Source: Cyanophora paradoxa CCMP329 (lineage: Eukaryota; Plantae; Glaucophyta). Taken from it: a DNA stretch of 64,000 nucleotides. Both the position numbers and the translations under genes were made by a program. The notes beneath the pieces are model-generated. The model was not told where the DNA came from. It searched no databases and was given only the letters and a program-made list of their open reading frames with translations. Numbering within the stretch: position 1 is the first letter of the stretch; every line of letters begins with the position of its first letter. The stretch spans positions 22,872 through 86,871 of the forward strand of contig QPMI01000091.1 of NCBI GenBank assembly GCA_004431415.1. The letters are read 5' to 3'. This document shows positions 1 through 13,925 of the stretch, piece after piece.

Positions 1-1240
1 CCCCCGCCCGTGAGCGCCGGAGAAATCGGATCCCGCGCGGCCGCAGGCCCCGCGCGCGCCTGCTCGATGGGCATGCGCGCCTCCTCCCGCAGCGCCTCCA
101 GCTCCGCCGCGTCCGCCTCCTCTGCGCCCCCGCCTCAGCCGGGCTTCAGCGCGTCGGCTCGGCGGCGGCGAGCGAGGGCGCACCCATCCGCGCATCCTCC
201 TCCTCGCCCTCTTCCTCGTCCCCCGCCTCCACGCCCTTGCCGCCCTCAACCTCCTCCTCCTCCTCCTCCTCCTCCTCCTCGTCATCCTCGCCCTCCTCTT
301 CATCCTCGTGCTCGGCGGCCGCGCCCTCGCCCGATCCCCCGTCCTCGTCCCCGCCCTCGCCGGCCCGCTCCTCGCGCTCCTCCTCGTCCATGGCGGCCTC
401 GAAGCCCGCCTCGGCCTCCTCCTCCGCCTCGTCCTCCGTCGGGCGGAAGTCTGGGTCCTGCTCCTCGGTCTCCTCCTGCCGCCGCCTAAGCCCCTGCCCT
501 CGGCGCGCCCCGCGCCCCGCGTAGCGCACCGCCTCGGCCATAATAGTCTCCAGCGGCACGTCGAACACGAGGGAGCCGCCCCGGATCGCCCGCTCCAGGC
601 CGTCCCCCGCCGGGTCGAGGTACCTGAGCGCGCATGCTCAGTGAGAACGCGCACGCGCGAGCCTGCAGCTGGCGCCGGCAGGAGGAACCCAAAGCACTTT
701 TTCACGAGATCGTCCAGAGGCATAGCGGCCTCCTTCTTCAGCTCTTCAAGACCTGTGCAGATCGTGAGGCGGGTTAACGTTCATTGAACTCGAGGCGGCC
801 GGGCGCACTCGCGTCCTCAATGTCCTCGTCCTCGTCGCCTTCCCCCTCGTCAAGATCGTCGAGGGCGTCCTCATCAAGCGCGTCCTCCGCGGTTTGATCG
901 TCGTCTGCAGCGAGCTCCGCGTGTCCAACGTCCTCGTCCGCCGCGTCCTCGTCCTCGTCCTCGTGAGACATGAGGTGAAGGATCCACGAAGGCCGCACGC
1001 AAAGGATCTGCGCGCGAGGAGGTAGCACCGCCGCTTCTAGCTCTTGCGGCCGCAGCTAATACGCGCGCATGCGGGCGCAAATGCGGCTCTGAAGCGCGTT
1101 TCCGCTAAGCCGCGGACCCGCTGCGCGTGCGTGAAGTTGGCGCGCTCAAGCGCGGCCGCCGACTCCGCCATCTTGCGCGTGTCCACCGTAGACTCCGCCG
1201 GCTGCGCCGCGGCGATCGCCTCGCTCGCGGAGGGCTCCAT
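1..1240 (-). CDS. 5' part of a spliced gene for an acidic protein with repeated L..E..MP(L/I)(D/E) motifs (SWR1/PIE1- or MIER-like); runs off the left edge
   Basis: D/E-rich exons (ORFs 146..568, 774..1028); motifs LKKEAAMPLDDLVKK and ELEALREEARMPIEQ read on the minus strand. Confidence 0.4.
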
Positions 1241-1349
1241 TTCCAGGCTCGGACAGCCTCGGAGGCCCTACAATCACTCGTACCCAGTTGCTACTGCTTC
1301 CCCCATTGACGTCTTGTCTACGTCGCTCGATCGAGCTCGTGCAGGCCGC

Positions 1350-1455
1350 AGCTCTGCAGCTTCAGCGAGCCCACAGCGAGTGCGCTCGAGGCAAATAGCA
1401 GGTCGAAGCTCTGCAGCTTCAGCGAGCCCGCACCGAGTGTGCTCGAAGCAAGCAG
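1350..1455. repeat. 57-bp-period tandem duplication between divergent genes
   Basis: AGCTCTGCAGCTTCAGCGAGCCC...GAGTG.GCTCGA.GCAA starts at 1350 and again at 1407. Confidence 0.85.
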
Positions 1456-1522
1456 TCTCCCGCCGTCGAAGCCTGGCTCCTGCATTCCTGCATTGCTCCC
1501 ACGCTGTTTTGCTCGCTCCAAC

Positions 1523-3626
1523 ATGACCAAGAGTGATGCTGAAGCGCGAGAAGAAGCGCGGAAGGAGAGGGAGCGAGAGGCGGCGCGGCGGTTCCGTCTG
1601 AAGAGAAAGGAACAGTTCCAGGGCCTGCAGGAAGAGAACAACGTGCGCCCCTGCGGCGGGGCGTGCCTTGCACATGGCTAACATCTGGCAGGAGCTGGCG
1701 GAGAAGAACGCCGCCCTGCAGCGCGAGAATGACGCCCTGAAGCTGAAGGTCCAGCTGTTGGAGGCCGCAAAGAATCAGTGCATGGGCGAGGATCAAGGTG
1801 TTGTTTCTCTTCTCGTGCCGTTGCCGTCTCTCCTCACTTGGCCTGCCCGCTTGCGCAGGCCAGCTCGAACAAGCGAGGGCACAAGCAGTCGACGATCTAA
1901 AATCCATGTTTACAAGTATGCGTCTCGATCAGCCGCCGCCCCCTAAGTTTGTCGAGGCAGAGGAGAAGGTCCGCCTGCGAAAAGCCGATCTCTTCTCTGG
2001 CTCACTGCGCGTGCAGGTTCACGCCGTCAAGCGGAAAGAAGGCATGCTGATGCGACGCTACATAATCGAGTTCCAGCGCGCGCTGCTCCCGGCTGCGCAT
2101 ATGGAGGTGAAGCTGCGGTTGCTAAAAGGGATTGCGGGCGTGGGAGATATCGTGGCGGAGACCGCGGTGGCGGATCTCGCGAACACGGTCAAGTTCACGT
2201 GCGTGCAAGTCCTTTTCTCGCTGTAGCGTTGTCGCTGATCTTCTCGGGATGGCAGGGACGAGCAGAAGTCGAAGATGAAGCAGCACATCGCGGAGCAGCT
2301 CTCGAAGATCGAGGCCGTCCTGCCTCGCTTGCAGGCGCTGAGAGAAATGATTTTGGAGTTAGAGAGCATCCGGTCCGCGTTTCCCTTTCCTCGCTCGGGC
2401 GAAGAGAACGTCGACTGATTTCACTTCCAGCCCTGCGATGGAGAAGAACCTCTGCGTCCTCTTTGGGCAGCAGGACGCGTTCTTTAGGGATACCTTCAAC
2501 ACCCAGCAGCGCGCTGCGCTGCTGGTCTGGACTGAGTCAAACATGCCGAATCTGGTCGCCCGGCTGGTGAGCGAGCCCGCCGGCCGCTGTCGTCGCTCCG
2601 CGCTCACAAAAGCCGATGCGCAGCTGGGCGACGCCACGGCCGAATTCCTCGAGCTCCTCCCGAAGCAGCGCGAAATGGCCAAGGTGCCTTGGCTGCGCCC
2701 GGGTGAGGCCCCGCTCGCTCTGATCCGCGCCTCAGCTCGCGATGTGCTCGGTGCCGTGCGGCGCCCCGCCCGCTTCGACCTTCAGCGGGGCGAGCCCGAT
2801 GCTGGCACCAGGCGTGACGCTGCCCAGCCCGTACCCGAACATCTCCTTCTCGCCGTTTTCCGGCGCGGCGCCGGCCGCCCTGACCTCCTCCTCCTCGGCG
2901 GCGGTGGCGGCGGTGGTGGCGCAGCGTGGCCCCGCCCGGAGGGCGACGCGACCCAGCCCGGAGCCGCAGCGGCTGGCGCTGGCGCTGCCGTCGCCGGGGC
3001 CGGCGCCGGCGCTGGTGGGGGTGAAGCAGGAGGGCGCGGCGGCGCGGCCGGCGGGGGGCGCCGCGGGCGGGTCCTCGGCGAGCTCGTCGCTGGACCTGGA
3101 CGTCCTGCAGCGGCTCGTGCGGGACGCTGTGGCGCGGGAGCTCGCCTCGCAGCTCCAGTCGAGCTCGGGCTCGGCCGCCGACCCGCCGCGCAGCAGCTCG
3201 AGCAGCAGCGCCGTCTCCACCGCCGACGGGGGCTCGCCCGGCGGGCCCCTCATCGCCCAGCTCGACCCCATGTCCCCGACCGCCCCGGCGCCGGCCCTCT
3301 TCGCGGCGCCCCACGCGCCCGGCGGCGGCTTCAGCGCGCGTCTCGGGCCCGACGCGTTCTCCCCCGGGAGCGCCGGCGGGTCGTCGCCGGCGGGGGCGGG
3401 GCAGGGCGGGGCGATGCTGGCGGGGGCGCCGCTGGCGCTGACGGAGGCGGACCTCGTGCTGCCCGACCTCGAGCTCGACCTCCGGGAGCTCGTCGACGAT
3501 GAGCACCTCGACGCTTACTTCGCCGCCGCCTCCCCCGGCGGCGGCGGCGCCGCCCGCTCCGCCCCCGCCGGCCCCGGGAGCTCCTTCTCCGCCACCGCCG
3601 GCGACCCGTTCGCCTTCGGCCTGTAG
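1523..3626 (+). CDS. bZIP transcription factor-like protein (spliced)
   Basis: Basic region RKEREREAARRFRLKRKEQFQGLQEEN, then a leucine-zipper exon ELAEKNAALQRENDALKLKVQLLEA; long S/P/A-rich C-terminal exon 2742..3626. Confidence 0.65.
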
Positions 3627-3868
3627 ACTCCTCCTCCCTCCCTCCCTCCCCCTTCGTACCTGATGCTTCTTTCAACACTCCCTGGACAGTTTCCGCTCCG
3701 CTCGTTTCCTTTGACTGTACCATATCGTCTTCTTTCGAGCCGCGTGCCGCGCCTCAGCGCCGCCGCCTTGCAGTCGTTAAGTTTAAGCCCAGTGCCTCGG
3801 TAGAACAGTATTGTTATCGAAATAATGCAGGACCGGTTTTCAATGCGATCGTCGCCGGGGCGAGCTGG

Positions 3869-6800
3869 CTAGAAGCGGGCGACGAGGGGGAAGGAGAGCT
3901 CCTTGCCGGGGGCCCAGCGGCGCCCCTCGGCGTCCACGACGGTGGGGACGACGGAGACGGTGTAGTGCGAGGCGGCCTGCGGGTCGTGCCCGGGCCCGGC
4001 CCCGTGGTGCGCCCCCGCGGGGACGTTCAGCGCCGCCGAGAGGGCGAAGTACTCCGCCCCGCGCGGCCGCACTCTCAGCAGCGCGCTGTGCAGCACGGCG
4101 CCGGCGGGGGCGCCCTCGGGGGCCGCCGCGGCCGCGGACGGGCCCCGCGGGGGCTCCGAGAGCCGCAGGGCGACCTCGACGAGTGCGGCGCGGCGGCCGC
4201 GGGGCGGGGCGTGGGCGAGGCGCCCCGCGACGTGGAGCAGCAGCGCCGTGCCCGGCTTCGCGAGGACGTACTCCGCCGGCGGGCGCGGCGAGGGCGTCAG
4301 GTGCAGCTGCACGAAGGGCGCGGGGCGGCCCGAGAGGAAGTAGGGGGGTACGGGCAGGCGGGAGCGGAGGGGCGAGGCGAGGGCGGCGGCGAGGGCGGCG
4401 GGGGACTCGGGGGCGGCGGCGCGCAGGCGGTCGTAATCGGCGCCGGTGGCGTCGATGGCGCGCAGCGTCTGCGGGTCGGCCGCGAAGCAGCGCGACCGCA
4501 GCGCCTCGCACTGCTCCGCCAGGTCCGACGCGGGGCGCGCGCCCGGGGCCGCCTCGGTCTGCGCCCAGAGGGCCGTCCGCAGGGCGAGGTACGCGTGCTG
4601 GAACCAGAGGGCGCCGGGCGAGGGGGCCGCCTGCCGCGCGGCGTCAGTCAGAGGCGACGCTGCGCGGGGGCCGCGGGGGTGCGCGCGCCCGCTTGAGGTG
4701 GCCGGCGGCGCGGCGGAAGTGGCGCAGGCGGCGGGCGGCGTCGGCGGTCGCCTCGGCGCCGGGCGGGCCGTCCGCCTCGGCGGCGCAGAGGGCGCCCAGC
4801 GCGGCGACGAACTCGGCCGGCCTGCTGCCCGTGTCGGGCCCCGGGCTCAGCGCATCGAAGGCGGCGGCGGCCGCGGCGAGGAGGCCCCGCCGCGCGCAGA
4901 GGCACGCCGCGCGGTACGCCGTCCACCGCCGCGCCAGCGCCGCCCTCGCCAGCGACTCGCGCAGCGCCGCCTCGAGCGGCCCCGCCGCCGCCGCCTCCGA
5001 CGCCGCCGCCGCCTCACACAGCAGCGCGTAAGCGGCGAACTGGCGCCGGTGTGAAGGGCGGCGGCGAGGGCGGGAGGCGGGGCGGGGCGCGCACGGCAAA
5101 CCCGTCGTTGTCGGCGGTCTCCGCTGTGGCGAGGAGGGCGTCCGCGCGGGCCGCTGCCGCCTCGCGCGCCGCGGCGCCGCCTGCCGCCCGCACACAGGCT
5201 GCCACGCAGCGCAGCACGCCCGCGGAGCCCGCCCCTGCGCGCCGGCGTCAGCGGCAGAGCGGGGTTGGAGATTGACAGCAGAGCGCGCACCGCGGCTCTC
5301 GAGGGCTGGGGTGATTAGTTCGGCGGCGGCGCGGGCGGCGGGAGCGGGGCAGGGCCCGGCAGCGACGGCGGCCAGGATGCGGGCCGCGCAGGGGAGCGAC
5401 CCGTCCCTCTCTGGGGGCGCGCCGGCGGGGCCGCGTCAGCGGGGCCTGCGGGCGGGGCGAGGAGGAGGCTGCGCACCGGCCTCGGGGTCGTGCAGGGCCC
5501 TCCTGCAGAGGCCGCCGGCGACCGCTGCAGCCTGCTCCGCCACCGCGGGGTCGATGTCTGCCGGCGGGCGCGAGGTGAGCGGGGGCGACGAGGGGCGCGT
5601 GGAAGGGAGGCAGACCGGGGGAGAGGGAGGAGAGGAGGCGGGCGAGGGCGGCGGAGCAGTCGGCGGGGTGGGCGGCGGCGTGCGGGGCGCAGGCGGCGAC
5701 CAGGTCGGGGGCGGGGCGGGGCGGGGCGGGGGCGCCGAGCTCGGGCGGGGGGCAGAGGAGCTCGGGGCGGGCGTCGGCGACGACGCGGAGGGCGCGGCGG
5801 GCGACGGCCGGCGGCGCGTCGGGCTCGCGCAGGATGGCGGAGAGGCGGGGCAGGGCGCGGGGCGCCGGGGCGGCGAGGGGCCGGGCGCCCCCGGCGGCGA
5901 GCTCGGCGAGGGCCTCGAGGGCGGCGCAGCGGAGGTGGGGGCGGGGGTCGGCCTCGGCGAGGGAGAGGAGGAGGAGGACGTGGCCCTCGAGGGGCGCGAC
6001 GGCCTCCAGGGCGAGGTGCGTCATCGCGCCCAGCACGACGGGCGCCAGCTCCGGCTCGGCGAACGCGTGCATCATCTGCCGCAGCAGGTCGTACGCCTGC
6101 GCCGCGGGGGCGTCGGAGACCGGCGCGGCTGCCGCGGGGCGGGGCGGGGCGGACTCGGTCGACGGTCTTGGGGTCGGAGAGCATGTGCTGCAGAAGCGGG
6201 ATGAGCTCCCTCCGCAGCCACGGCGGCCCGTCCGCGTCTGCAGGGGCGTCGGTCCTCGGCGATCGGCGGGGACGCTACGGGGCCGGGCGAGGGGGCGGCC
6301 GCACTGGCGAGGAGGGCGGCGACGGCCTCGAGGGAGGAGCGGGCGAAGGCGGCCGAGATCGCGCAGAGGCGGTGCGCGGCCGCGATCGCCCCGCGCGCCT
6401 CCACCTCCCCCTCGGGCGTCCACAGCTCCGCGTGCCGAATCCCCAGCAGCGCGTCGTGCACCCTGCGGGGGCCTGCGTTGGCCGGCCGCGCTCGCGGACG
6501 CGGGGCACGCCGACCTGTGCTGGATCTCGACGCGCTTAATCACGTTCGGGGCCATGCACGCCAGCGCTCGCAGCGCGACGCCTCGCGCTACGGGGCTCGT
6601 GTCCTGCAGCACCGTGACGACGCGCTTGATCAGCTGATCCGCGTTCGACGCCCGGTTCAGCTGCGCTTCGCATCGCTTGAACACCGCGACGACAGCGTTA
6701 CGCGCAAGGTTGTTGTTGCTGCGTGGCGCGCGGCCGGGTTAGCGGCGAAGTGCGACGGGAGGGCGGTGCGGCGGACCACGACCAGAAGAAGTCCGCGAGC

Positions 6801-6952
6801 TTGAGGAACGCGGTATTGATCACGACGGGAAGCGGACGGCTCTCGATGAACTGCCCAGCCTGCAGGACCGCGTCGATCTGGGCCTGCAGCGACGGCGCGC
6901 GGAGGCCGGCTTCAAGCTGGACCAGCATGCGCGATCCATCCTTCGTCGCCAT
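3869..6952 (-). CDS. INTS7: Integrator complex subunit 7 (spliced)
   Basis: N-terminus LVQLEAGLRAPSLQAQIDAV...PLPVVINTAFLKLADFF...SPVARGVALRALACMA matches the conserved INTS7 N-terminus (LDKGLRS...PILINSAFLKLADVF...DPVARAITLRML). Confidence 0.85.
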
Positions 6953-8382
6953 GCCAGTCCGCCGCCGCTGGGGCGCCGCACTTGCTTTCCTCTTTTTTGC
7001 AGGGGGGGAGAGACGGCGAGGGGGTATTCTCGTTAAGTGCAGTGAAGCTTCACAGCTGCCTCCCGGCGCCCGCGATTCCCGGCGCATACTCGTCCTGCGC
7101 CACTCGATCCGCATCTCCACACAGCAGCAAAGCTTTAACGCAGTTGGCACCGCGCTTCCCTTCCAGCGGATCGGAGCTTGCCAGTGTTGCCACATCACGT
7201 CTACTCGACCACTCGAGTGCCATGAGCACAGCTCCGAGCGTCCCCTCGTCGAGGCCGGTCTATTCGGCTTCCGCCTTACAGCGAGCGATGTCGCCCTCCA
7301 AGCGGCAAAACCTCAACACCTTCGTGCTGAAGAAGAGCAGCATCAACCAACTCGGTGCGATGCGCGTAATCAGAACGCCGAACCCAGCTACGTTGCATCG
7401 ACCGAACGCTTTTAAGGCGCGTACATCGCGCTCGAAACGGCCCCTCCGGCGCGGCGCTTATCTGCAGCGCCGCAGTCGTACCACGACTCGCTCCACGGGC
7501 CTGTCCCGGAACTCCCTCGAATTATCCCGAAGCGCGAGCCACTCTTTTACTCGACACAACAATTCAAACAACTGGACCCGCGGTTGCACCAGGTCTGCGC
7601 CGCCGCCATCCTGCTAGCCCTCATGCCAGAGGCCGCTCGCCATGTTCTCTAGCGACATGGATTCCTAGCTCAGCAGCCGCTGGGCTCGTGGATTCCTAGC
7701 TTACCGTGAATTTTTCTCTGCGCTTGCATTGGCCCCCTGCCGCCGCCGCCGTCCCCGCTGCGTCGTCTGACCAACGCCATGGCGCAGACGCGGAGCTCAA
7801 AATATCTGAACGACTTGCATCGGGAACGCTACCTCGGCTGGTAGTAGGCAGCGTAGGCAGGCAGGTCCTGAGGATCAGAGAGCCAGGCGAAGCCGTAGAG
7901 CAGACAGCGTCAGATCGGAGAGCAACCTAGCAGAAGAGAAGGAAGATCTAGAGACAGTGTAATGAAATGGCCCAGTGGAGCGCAAATGTTTTTGAAGAAA
8001 GGTCGCAATTGCCAATTTGCAAATTAACGGTGCCACGGCTAGCGCTCATGATCAGCGAATATGATGTGCTCCGAGGCTCCCCGGGCCCCGGGGCCCCTCT
8101 AATCATGAATTCCGTCGACGTGCCCGAGTTCCGAAGTCCAGCCTGGCAGCTGCAGTTCTCCGAGTCGACCCTTCAGGCCCTGAGGCTTCGATTTCGAGAA
8201 CACTGAACATTCAATGACTCTCGCCCAACCGTGTTGAACGTTAACGGCCGGGCCCCGGGCCCCGCCCCGATCTGCATCAGGGCAGCCCTCAGGGCCTGGC
8301 AGCCTGAAAGGAGTTGCTTCGAAGCTCGCACGTTTCGAAAACAAGTTCGACTCGGCGACGCAAGCGTTCACGTGAAGAGCGC

Positions 8383-11300
8383 CTACTTCTTAGCGGCGGG
8401 CTTGGCCGGGGCGGCGGCCTTGGCGGCGGCGGCGGGGGCCGGGGCGGCGGCGCCGCCGGGGGCCGGCTTGGCGCGGCCGTCGGGGATGGCGATGAGGACG
8501 ATGGGGCGGGAGTCGCGGACGAAGACGGAGTCGCAGATGAAGAAGCCCTTGCGCTCGAGCTGGATGATCTCGCCCTTCTGGACGTTGCGGAGGTCGGGCA
8601 TGCCGACGGCCTCCGACTCGGCGACCGACTTGGGGTTGAGGAAGTCCTCAAAGTTGTCCTCCTCCTCGATCTTCTTCTTCGTGATCAAAAAGTCGAAGTC
8701 CTGCAGCTTCACCGGCACCAGGTCCCCCGCAGGCGTCTGCGCACCAGTCAGGAAACCATTGAGCCCTCCGCCCCGCCGGCCAGCCGGCCGGCGCGCACGT
8801 TGGCGAGCCAGGTGAGCTTCTTCTCGGTCTTCTTGAAGTCGCCCTCGAGGTGGAGGCGGCCGGAGAGGCGGACGACCTTGCCGGCGGCGTCCCGCTCGAT
8901 CTTGTCGACGAAGGCGTTGCCCCAGTCCATGAGCGTCACCTCCTCGCCCTCCTTCACCGCCCCCGCGTCCTCCGGGTCCAGCAGCACCTGCCGGAGCGGC
9001 AGAACGGTTCGTCAGAGGGGAGCGGTCGCCAGGCGGCGGCGGGGGAGGGTTCGTTCACCTCGCGGTAGAACTCGACGGTCTTGGTGCCGAGGTCGGCGTT
9101 CTTCTTGTGCCGGGGGAGGGCCCGCGCCTCGGGCCGCTCGGGGCCCCCGGCGAGGGCGAAGGGCACCGCGCCCTTGCCCAGCGCCGTGTACCGCGGCGCG
9201 ATCGGGTCGATCATCTGCCCCCGCCCTCAGCCGCCGCCCTCCCAAGCCCGAGATCTAAGGGGCGGGGGCAGTGGGGCGCGCGCCTTCTTGTTGATGGTCC
9301 AGAGCTTGTCCCACTCCATGAGGTTCAGCGCCTTGCTGGCGCCCTGGCTCAGGATGAACTCCCGCAGGGCCTCCACCAGCAGGCCCCGCCGCATGATCCC
9401 TGCCCCGCCGCCCTCAGCCCCGCCTGCGCCCGCCTGGGAGGGGAGGGGGGTGGCGGACCCTGGACGGTGGGGAAGCGGGGGTCGTCCCAGCCGGCGACGC
9501 GGCCCTTGTCCACGAACCACTGCAGCTTCCGCTTCGAGAGGAGCGTGTAGACGAAGTTCATCCGGCTGCGCCGCGTCATCGCGGCGGCGGCGCGGCGGGG
9601 CGGCGGGGCGGCGGAGGGCGGGGGCAGGGGCGGGCCTGTAGTCCCAGATGTGCGGCTTGCGGAGCCCCATCGCGTCGATGAACTGGTGGGGAGGTGAGCG
9701 GGGCGGCGCCAGGAGGGGGCGGGCGGGGCGGGGCGGGGAGGGTGGACCCAGTAGTACTGGTCGTTGCGGTCGTGGTATTCGGAGGTGCGCATGGCGTGCG
9801 TGACGCCCTCGACGCTGTCCACGATCGGGCACGCGAAGTCGTACGTCGGGTAGCACTTCCACTTCGCCCTGCGCCCCCGCCCGGGTGAGTGCGAGCGAGG
9901 CCGAGGCGAGCCGCGCGGGGCCGGGCGGGCCCTGTGCGGTGGTGCGGGGTGAGGTTGCAGCGGTACATGATCGGGTCCCGCAGCGCCTTGTTCTTCGCCT
10001 GCATGTCGATCTTCGCCCGCACGCAGCACTGCTGCCCCTGCGTCGCCCCGCTCTCAGCGGGGCGGGGCGGGGCGGGGCGGGGCGGGGCGGGCGGGGCGGG
10101 GCGGGGCGGGGCGGGGCGGGGCGGGGCGCACCCGCTCCGAGCCGGCGAGCATCTCCTTCCACAGCTTCAGGCTCTCCTCCACCGGCGCCGACCTGCCCCC
10201 GCCCTTTTCAGCACATCTGAGCCCCGTGGGCGCCACCCCCCGCTGCCGACGCCGCAGCCGCCGCCCGCCGCCTGCCGGCCGCACCGCGCCGCCGCCTCAA
10301 TGCCCTTCATGCGCTCGTCGCGGAGCTGTGGAAAGCGAGGCGTAGCGTTAGGGTTGGGCGGGTCGGAGCGCGATGCGAGGCGGGCGGGATGGCGAGCCTT
10401 CTCAACGGGCGTGTCGTCGACGTAGGCCTTGCCCTCCCTGCGGAGGCTCAGCCGCGGGCAAAGAGCGGGCGGGGGCGGCGGGCGCACTTGATCATCCTCT
10501 CGCAGAGCTCGGCGCACTTGTCGAAGTAGTCCGACGTGTGCGTCGTCTGGCGGCCGGCGGTGAGCAGCCGGGCGGGGCCGGGCGGGGGGGCGGGGGGTGC
10601 GGGGGGCAGGCCGGGGAGGGCGCGCACGACGTCGGGCTTGATCTGGAGGGTGGCGAGGTCAGCGATGATGTTCTCCACGAACTCGTCCTTCTCCTTGCTC
10701 GGGTTCGTGTCGTCGAAGCGCAGGATCAGCTTCCCCTTGTACCGCCGCGCGAAGTAGTCGTTCAGCAGCGCCGCCTTCGCGTGCCCGATGTGCAGGTACC
10801 CCGACGGCTCCGGCGGGAAGCGCGTGACGACGTTCCCCTCCGCCGCCCCGGGCAGGTCGATCTCGAAGGAGCCCGTCGACTGGCCCGTCTTCTGCGGCGG
10901 GGGTGAGGGAGCCCCCGCGGGGAGCGAGGGGGCGCCGGGGCCGGGGACCTTCGCGTCCGCTGCGGCGGCCTCCTTGCCGCCCGCCGGGGCCGGAGACGGC
11001 GCGGCGCCCTTCTTGCCCGCCCCGTCGGCGGCGGCGGGGCCGCGCCGGCGCCCGCGGCCGCGGCGGCCACGCCGGCGCCGACGGCCTGGAGGCCGGCCTT
11101 CGTGGCCGGGAGCCCCTCGATGTAGGCGAGCCAGCGGGCGAGGTGAGGCGCCTTGCCCGAGGCCTTCGCCGCCTCAAGCCCGGCGTGGCCTGCGCGCAAC
11201 GCCGCTCAGCCGCGCCGGGCGGTAGCTAGGCGCGCCGCGCGCACCGCGGATGGCGGCGAACACCGCGAGGTCGGCCAGCGTGAGCGAGTGGCCGACGACG

Positions 11301-11810
11301 AAGGCCTTGAGGGTTAGGTGCGAGTCGATGCGCGCCAGCGCGTCCTCTGCGCCGACGATTTCGCGGTCGACCAGCTCGATCCACATATCGACCTGTGCCG
11401 CCGCTCACTCTTTGCAGAACTGTGCCGCAGGTGCCGCAGAAATCACCTCGCTCGCGAGCACGGGGTCTGCGGAGCTGCCGTAGAGCCTCGCCGACGGGAA
11501 AGCGCGCGCAAAGTAGCGCGCCGTCGCGAGGTCGCCACGCAGCACGTCCCTGCGGCGACCGGCGTGCGGCGGTTGGCAAGGTGTCGCGCTAGCCGGGGCG
11601 GGGCGGAGCGAACCCGGAAGGAAGCCGAACCTCGGCGCAGGACACCGGCGACGGGGCGAACTGCACGCTGGCTCCCGACAGATTCGCCGCGATGGCCAGA
11701 ACCACAGGCGGCGACGCCTTGCTGTAAAGAATCATCGTCTGCGGGGCGGGGCTCAAAACGGTAGAGCAAGAAACCTCGCAGGCGAGCGCGGGGACCTTTT
11801 TCGTCGCCAT
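8383..11810 (-). CDS. Cytosolic glutamyl-tRNA synthetase (spliced, with GST-like N-terminal domain)
   Basis: [18 protein letters not shown] (HIGH motif), [40 protein letters not shown] (KMSKS-equivalent), [19 protein letters not shown]. Confidence 0.95.
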
Positions 11811-12062
11811 TGCGGCGCCTCCTCTCCGCGTCGATCCGACTGAGACGCGTACCCCTGTCGGTCCCCCAATTCGGCGCCAAATCCACGCAGGCGCCGCTGA
11901 TGCGCCGCTAGAAACAAGAGAACAAGAAGCTGCGAAAACGGCGCCCCACCGCCGGGGCGCCGCGCGGGATGGTCAGATGGTGCGCTTCGATTCCATCCCG
12001 CGAGCCGTTCGGCGCTCACGCGCGAGAGCAGCATCTTCCGGTGGAAAGCCTCGAGCAACAAA

Positions 12063-13147
12063 ATGGCGGCCGATGAGATCCAGGCGCGGCTGCGGTTCCT
12101 GCGGTGCGCTCCCGAGCCACGCCGCCGAGCGCCCGCGTGGCTCCGGCCATAGCTAAGCGCTTCCGTGCGCTCGGCAGGTTCAGGCAGGTGCGTCCGCAGG
12201 GCAGGTGGCGAACGTCCGTGATGCTCTACCTGCGAAAGCAGGCGCCCGTCGCGTCGGGTTCGAGAGAGCCGTGCTGCTTCGCCCTGCGGCCGCTAGCTCA
12301 CGGGGCGCGGCAGCTGGCGCGTCGATGCTGCCATCGCCGCTCGGGACGGACCCGAACATGGTGAAGGAGCTCTACGTGATTGTGCAAGCAGAGAACCCGC
12401 AAAACGTGCACGTCGTGTACGGTGGGGACGCCATCGCGCAGCACATCGTGCTCGAGGCATCCCGCGAGATGCTCGTGCGCCGCGCCGGCCCTCGCATCCG
12501 CCCTCGCCGCCGCCGCCGCCCACGCCGCTGCACGACGGAACGCAGAGCTTCATTGAGAGCACGAACCTCTTCCAAGCGAAGGCGCACCTCGAGATGGAGG
12601 CGGGCCGCCCCGCCACGCCCCGCCCCACGCTGGCGCGGCGGCTGAGCGGGGCGGGCAGGGGCTGGCGTTCACACACGGGGACTTCACGCTGCGGTTTGGG
12701 GCGATCCAGATCAACAAGGTGCACCGGGGGATGGTGCTCGAGCTGGACTACGCCGGCTGCACGGGGGCCGGCGAGGGCCAGGCCATCCTCGACGAGATGG
12801 TCGAGATGCTCGGCGGCACCGCCTCCTACGCCGACGTCAAGAACTACGTCGCCGCCCGCGCCGCCGCCGCCCGCTCCGCCGCCTCCACCCCGGCCGCCAT
12901 CGCCGCCTCCGTCGCCGCCGCCACGGCCGCCGGGCATCCGCCGAATCCCGGGGTGCCCCCGCAGGCGCCGCCGATGTTCCCGATGCCGCCGGAGCTCGGG
13001 GACGTGTGGGACGGCTCGCACACGGCGTACATGTACGTCTCCTTCTTCCGCTGCCTGCTCCAGAGCCAGCAGGCCGCCCAGGCGGGGCAGCACGCCCAGG
13101 CCAGCGCCCTCCAGCAGGCCCAGCAGCGCGCCTCCGCCGTCGCCCAG

Positions 13148-13184
<37 letters not shown>

Positions 13185-13222
13185 GCGGGGGGGCCCTCCC
13201 CAGCCTCACCCTCCAGAGCTAG
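12063..13222 (+). CDS. MED20: Mediator complex subunit 20-like (spliced)
   Basis: Exons give LEMEG..FTHGDFTLRFGAIQINKVHRGMVLELDY...ILDEM, the MED20 pattern (G..GDF.vr.G...rGi.vEveY). Confidence 0.65.
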
Positions 13223-13265
13223 CCCGCCAGCGCCGCAGGCGTCCCCGCGTAGCTAGCAGTCAGAT

Positions 13266-13890
13266 CTAGTTCTTTACACAAGGGCCGCACATGTACAGGG
13301 CCCCCGCCGCTACCTGCGCCTGCCGGGGCCCCGCTTGCCGCCGGGCCCGGGCCCGGAGCGCTTCAGGGAGCCGAAGGTCTTGCCGGGGAGGGTGGGGAGG
13401 TCGGCGGGGCGGCGGCGGCGGCCCGGGGCGGGGCGGGGCGGCCCCTCGAGCACCTCCAGGTCCTCCAGGTCCTCGTCCAAGGGCACGTCCCACTCCACCT
13501 CCCCCAGATCCTCCTCCTCCTCCTCCTCCTCCTCCTCCGCCGCCGCCGCCGCGGGCGGCGGAGGCGGCGGCGTGTGCGCGCCCCTCGCGCCGCGGGCGCC
13601 CCGCTGGGGCCGCTGGGAGCGGGGCCGGCGGTCGCGGTCGCGGTCGCGCTCGGGCTTGGAGGGCCCGTACTGCAGCGCCCGGCGGAACTCGTCCACGCGC
13701 CGCGCCACCGCCGCCGTGATCCGCCCCGGCCTCCCCGGCCCCGCCCCGGCGCGCTCGGCCCGCCACCGGTGGCGTGCCGGGCGCCGGCGAGGCCCGCGCC
13801 GGGAGGAGAAGCGCAGGTCCTCCAGGCGGCGGCGCGTCTCCGCGCCCACCATGTCCCCGAGGCGCTGCGGAGAGGTCAGGGAAGGCCCGG

Positions 13891-13925
<35 letters not shown>

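Noticed and set aside
6960-8380. ORFs and short repeats between INTS7 and GluRS
   Set aside because: No recognisable motifs or consistent exon structure
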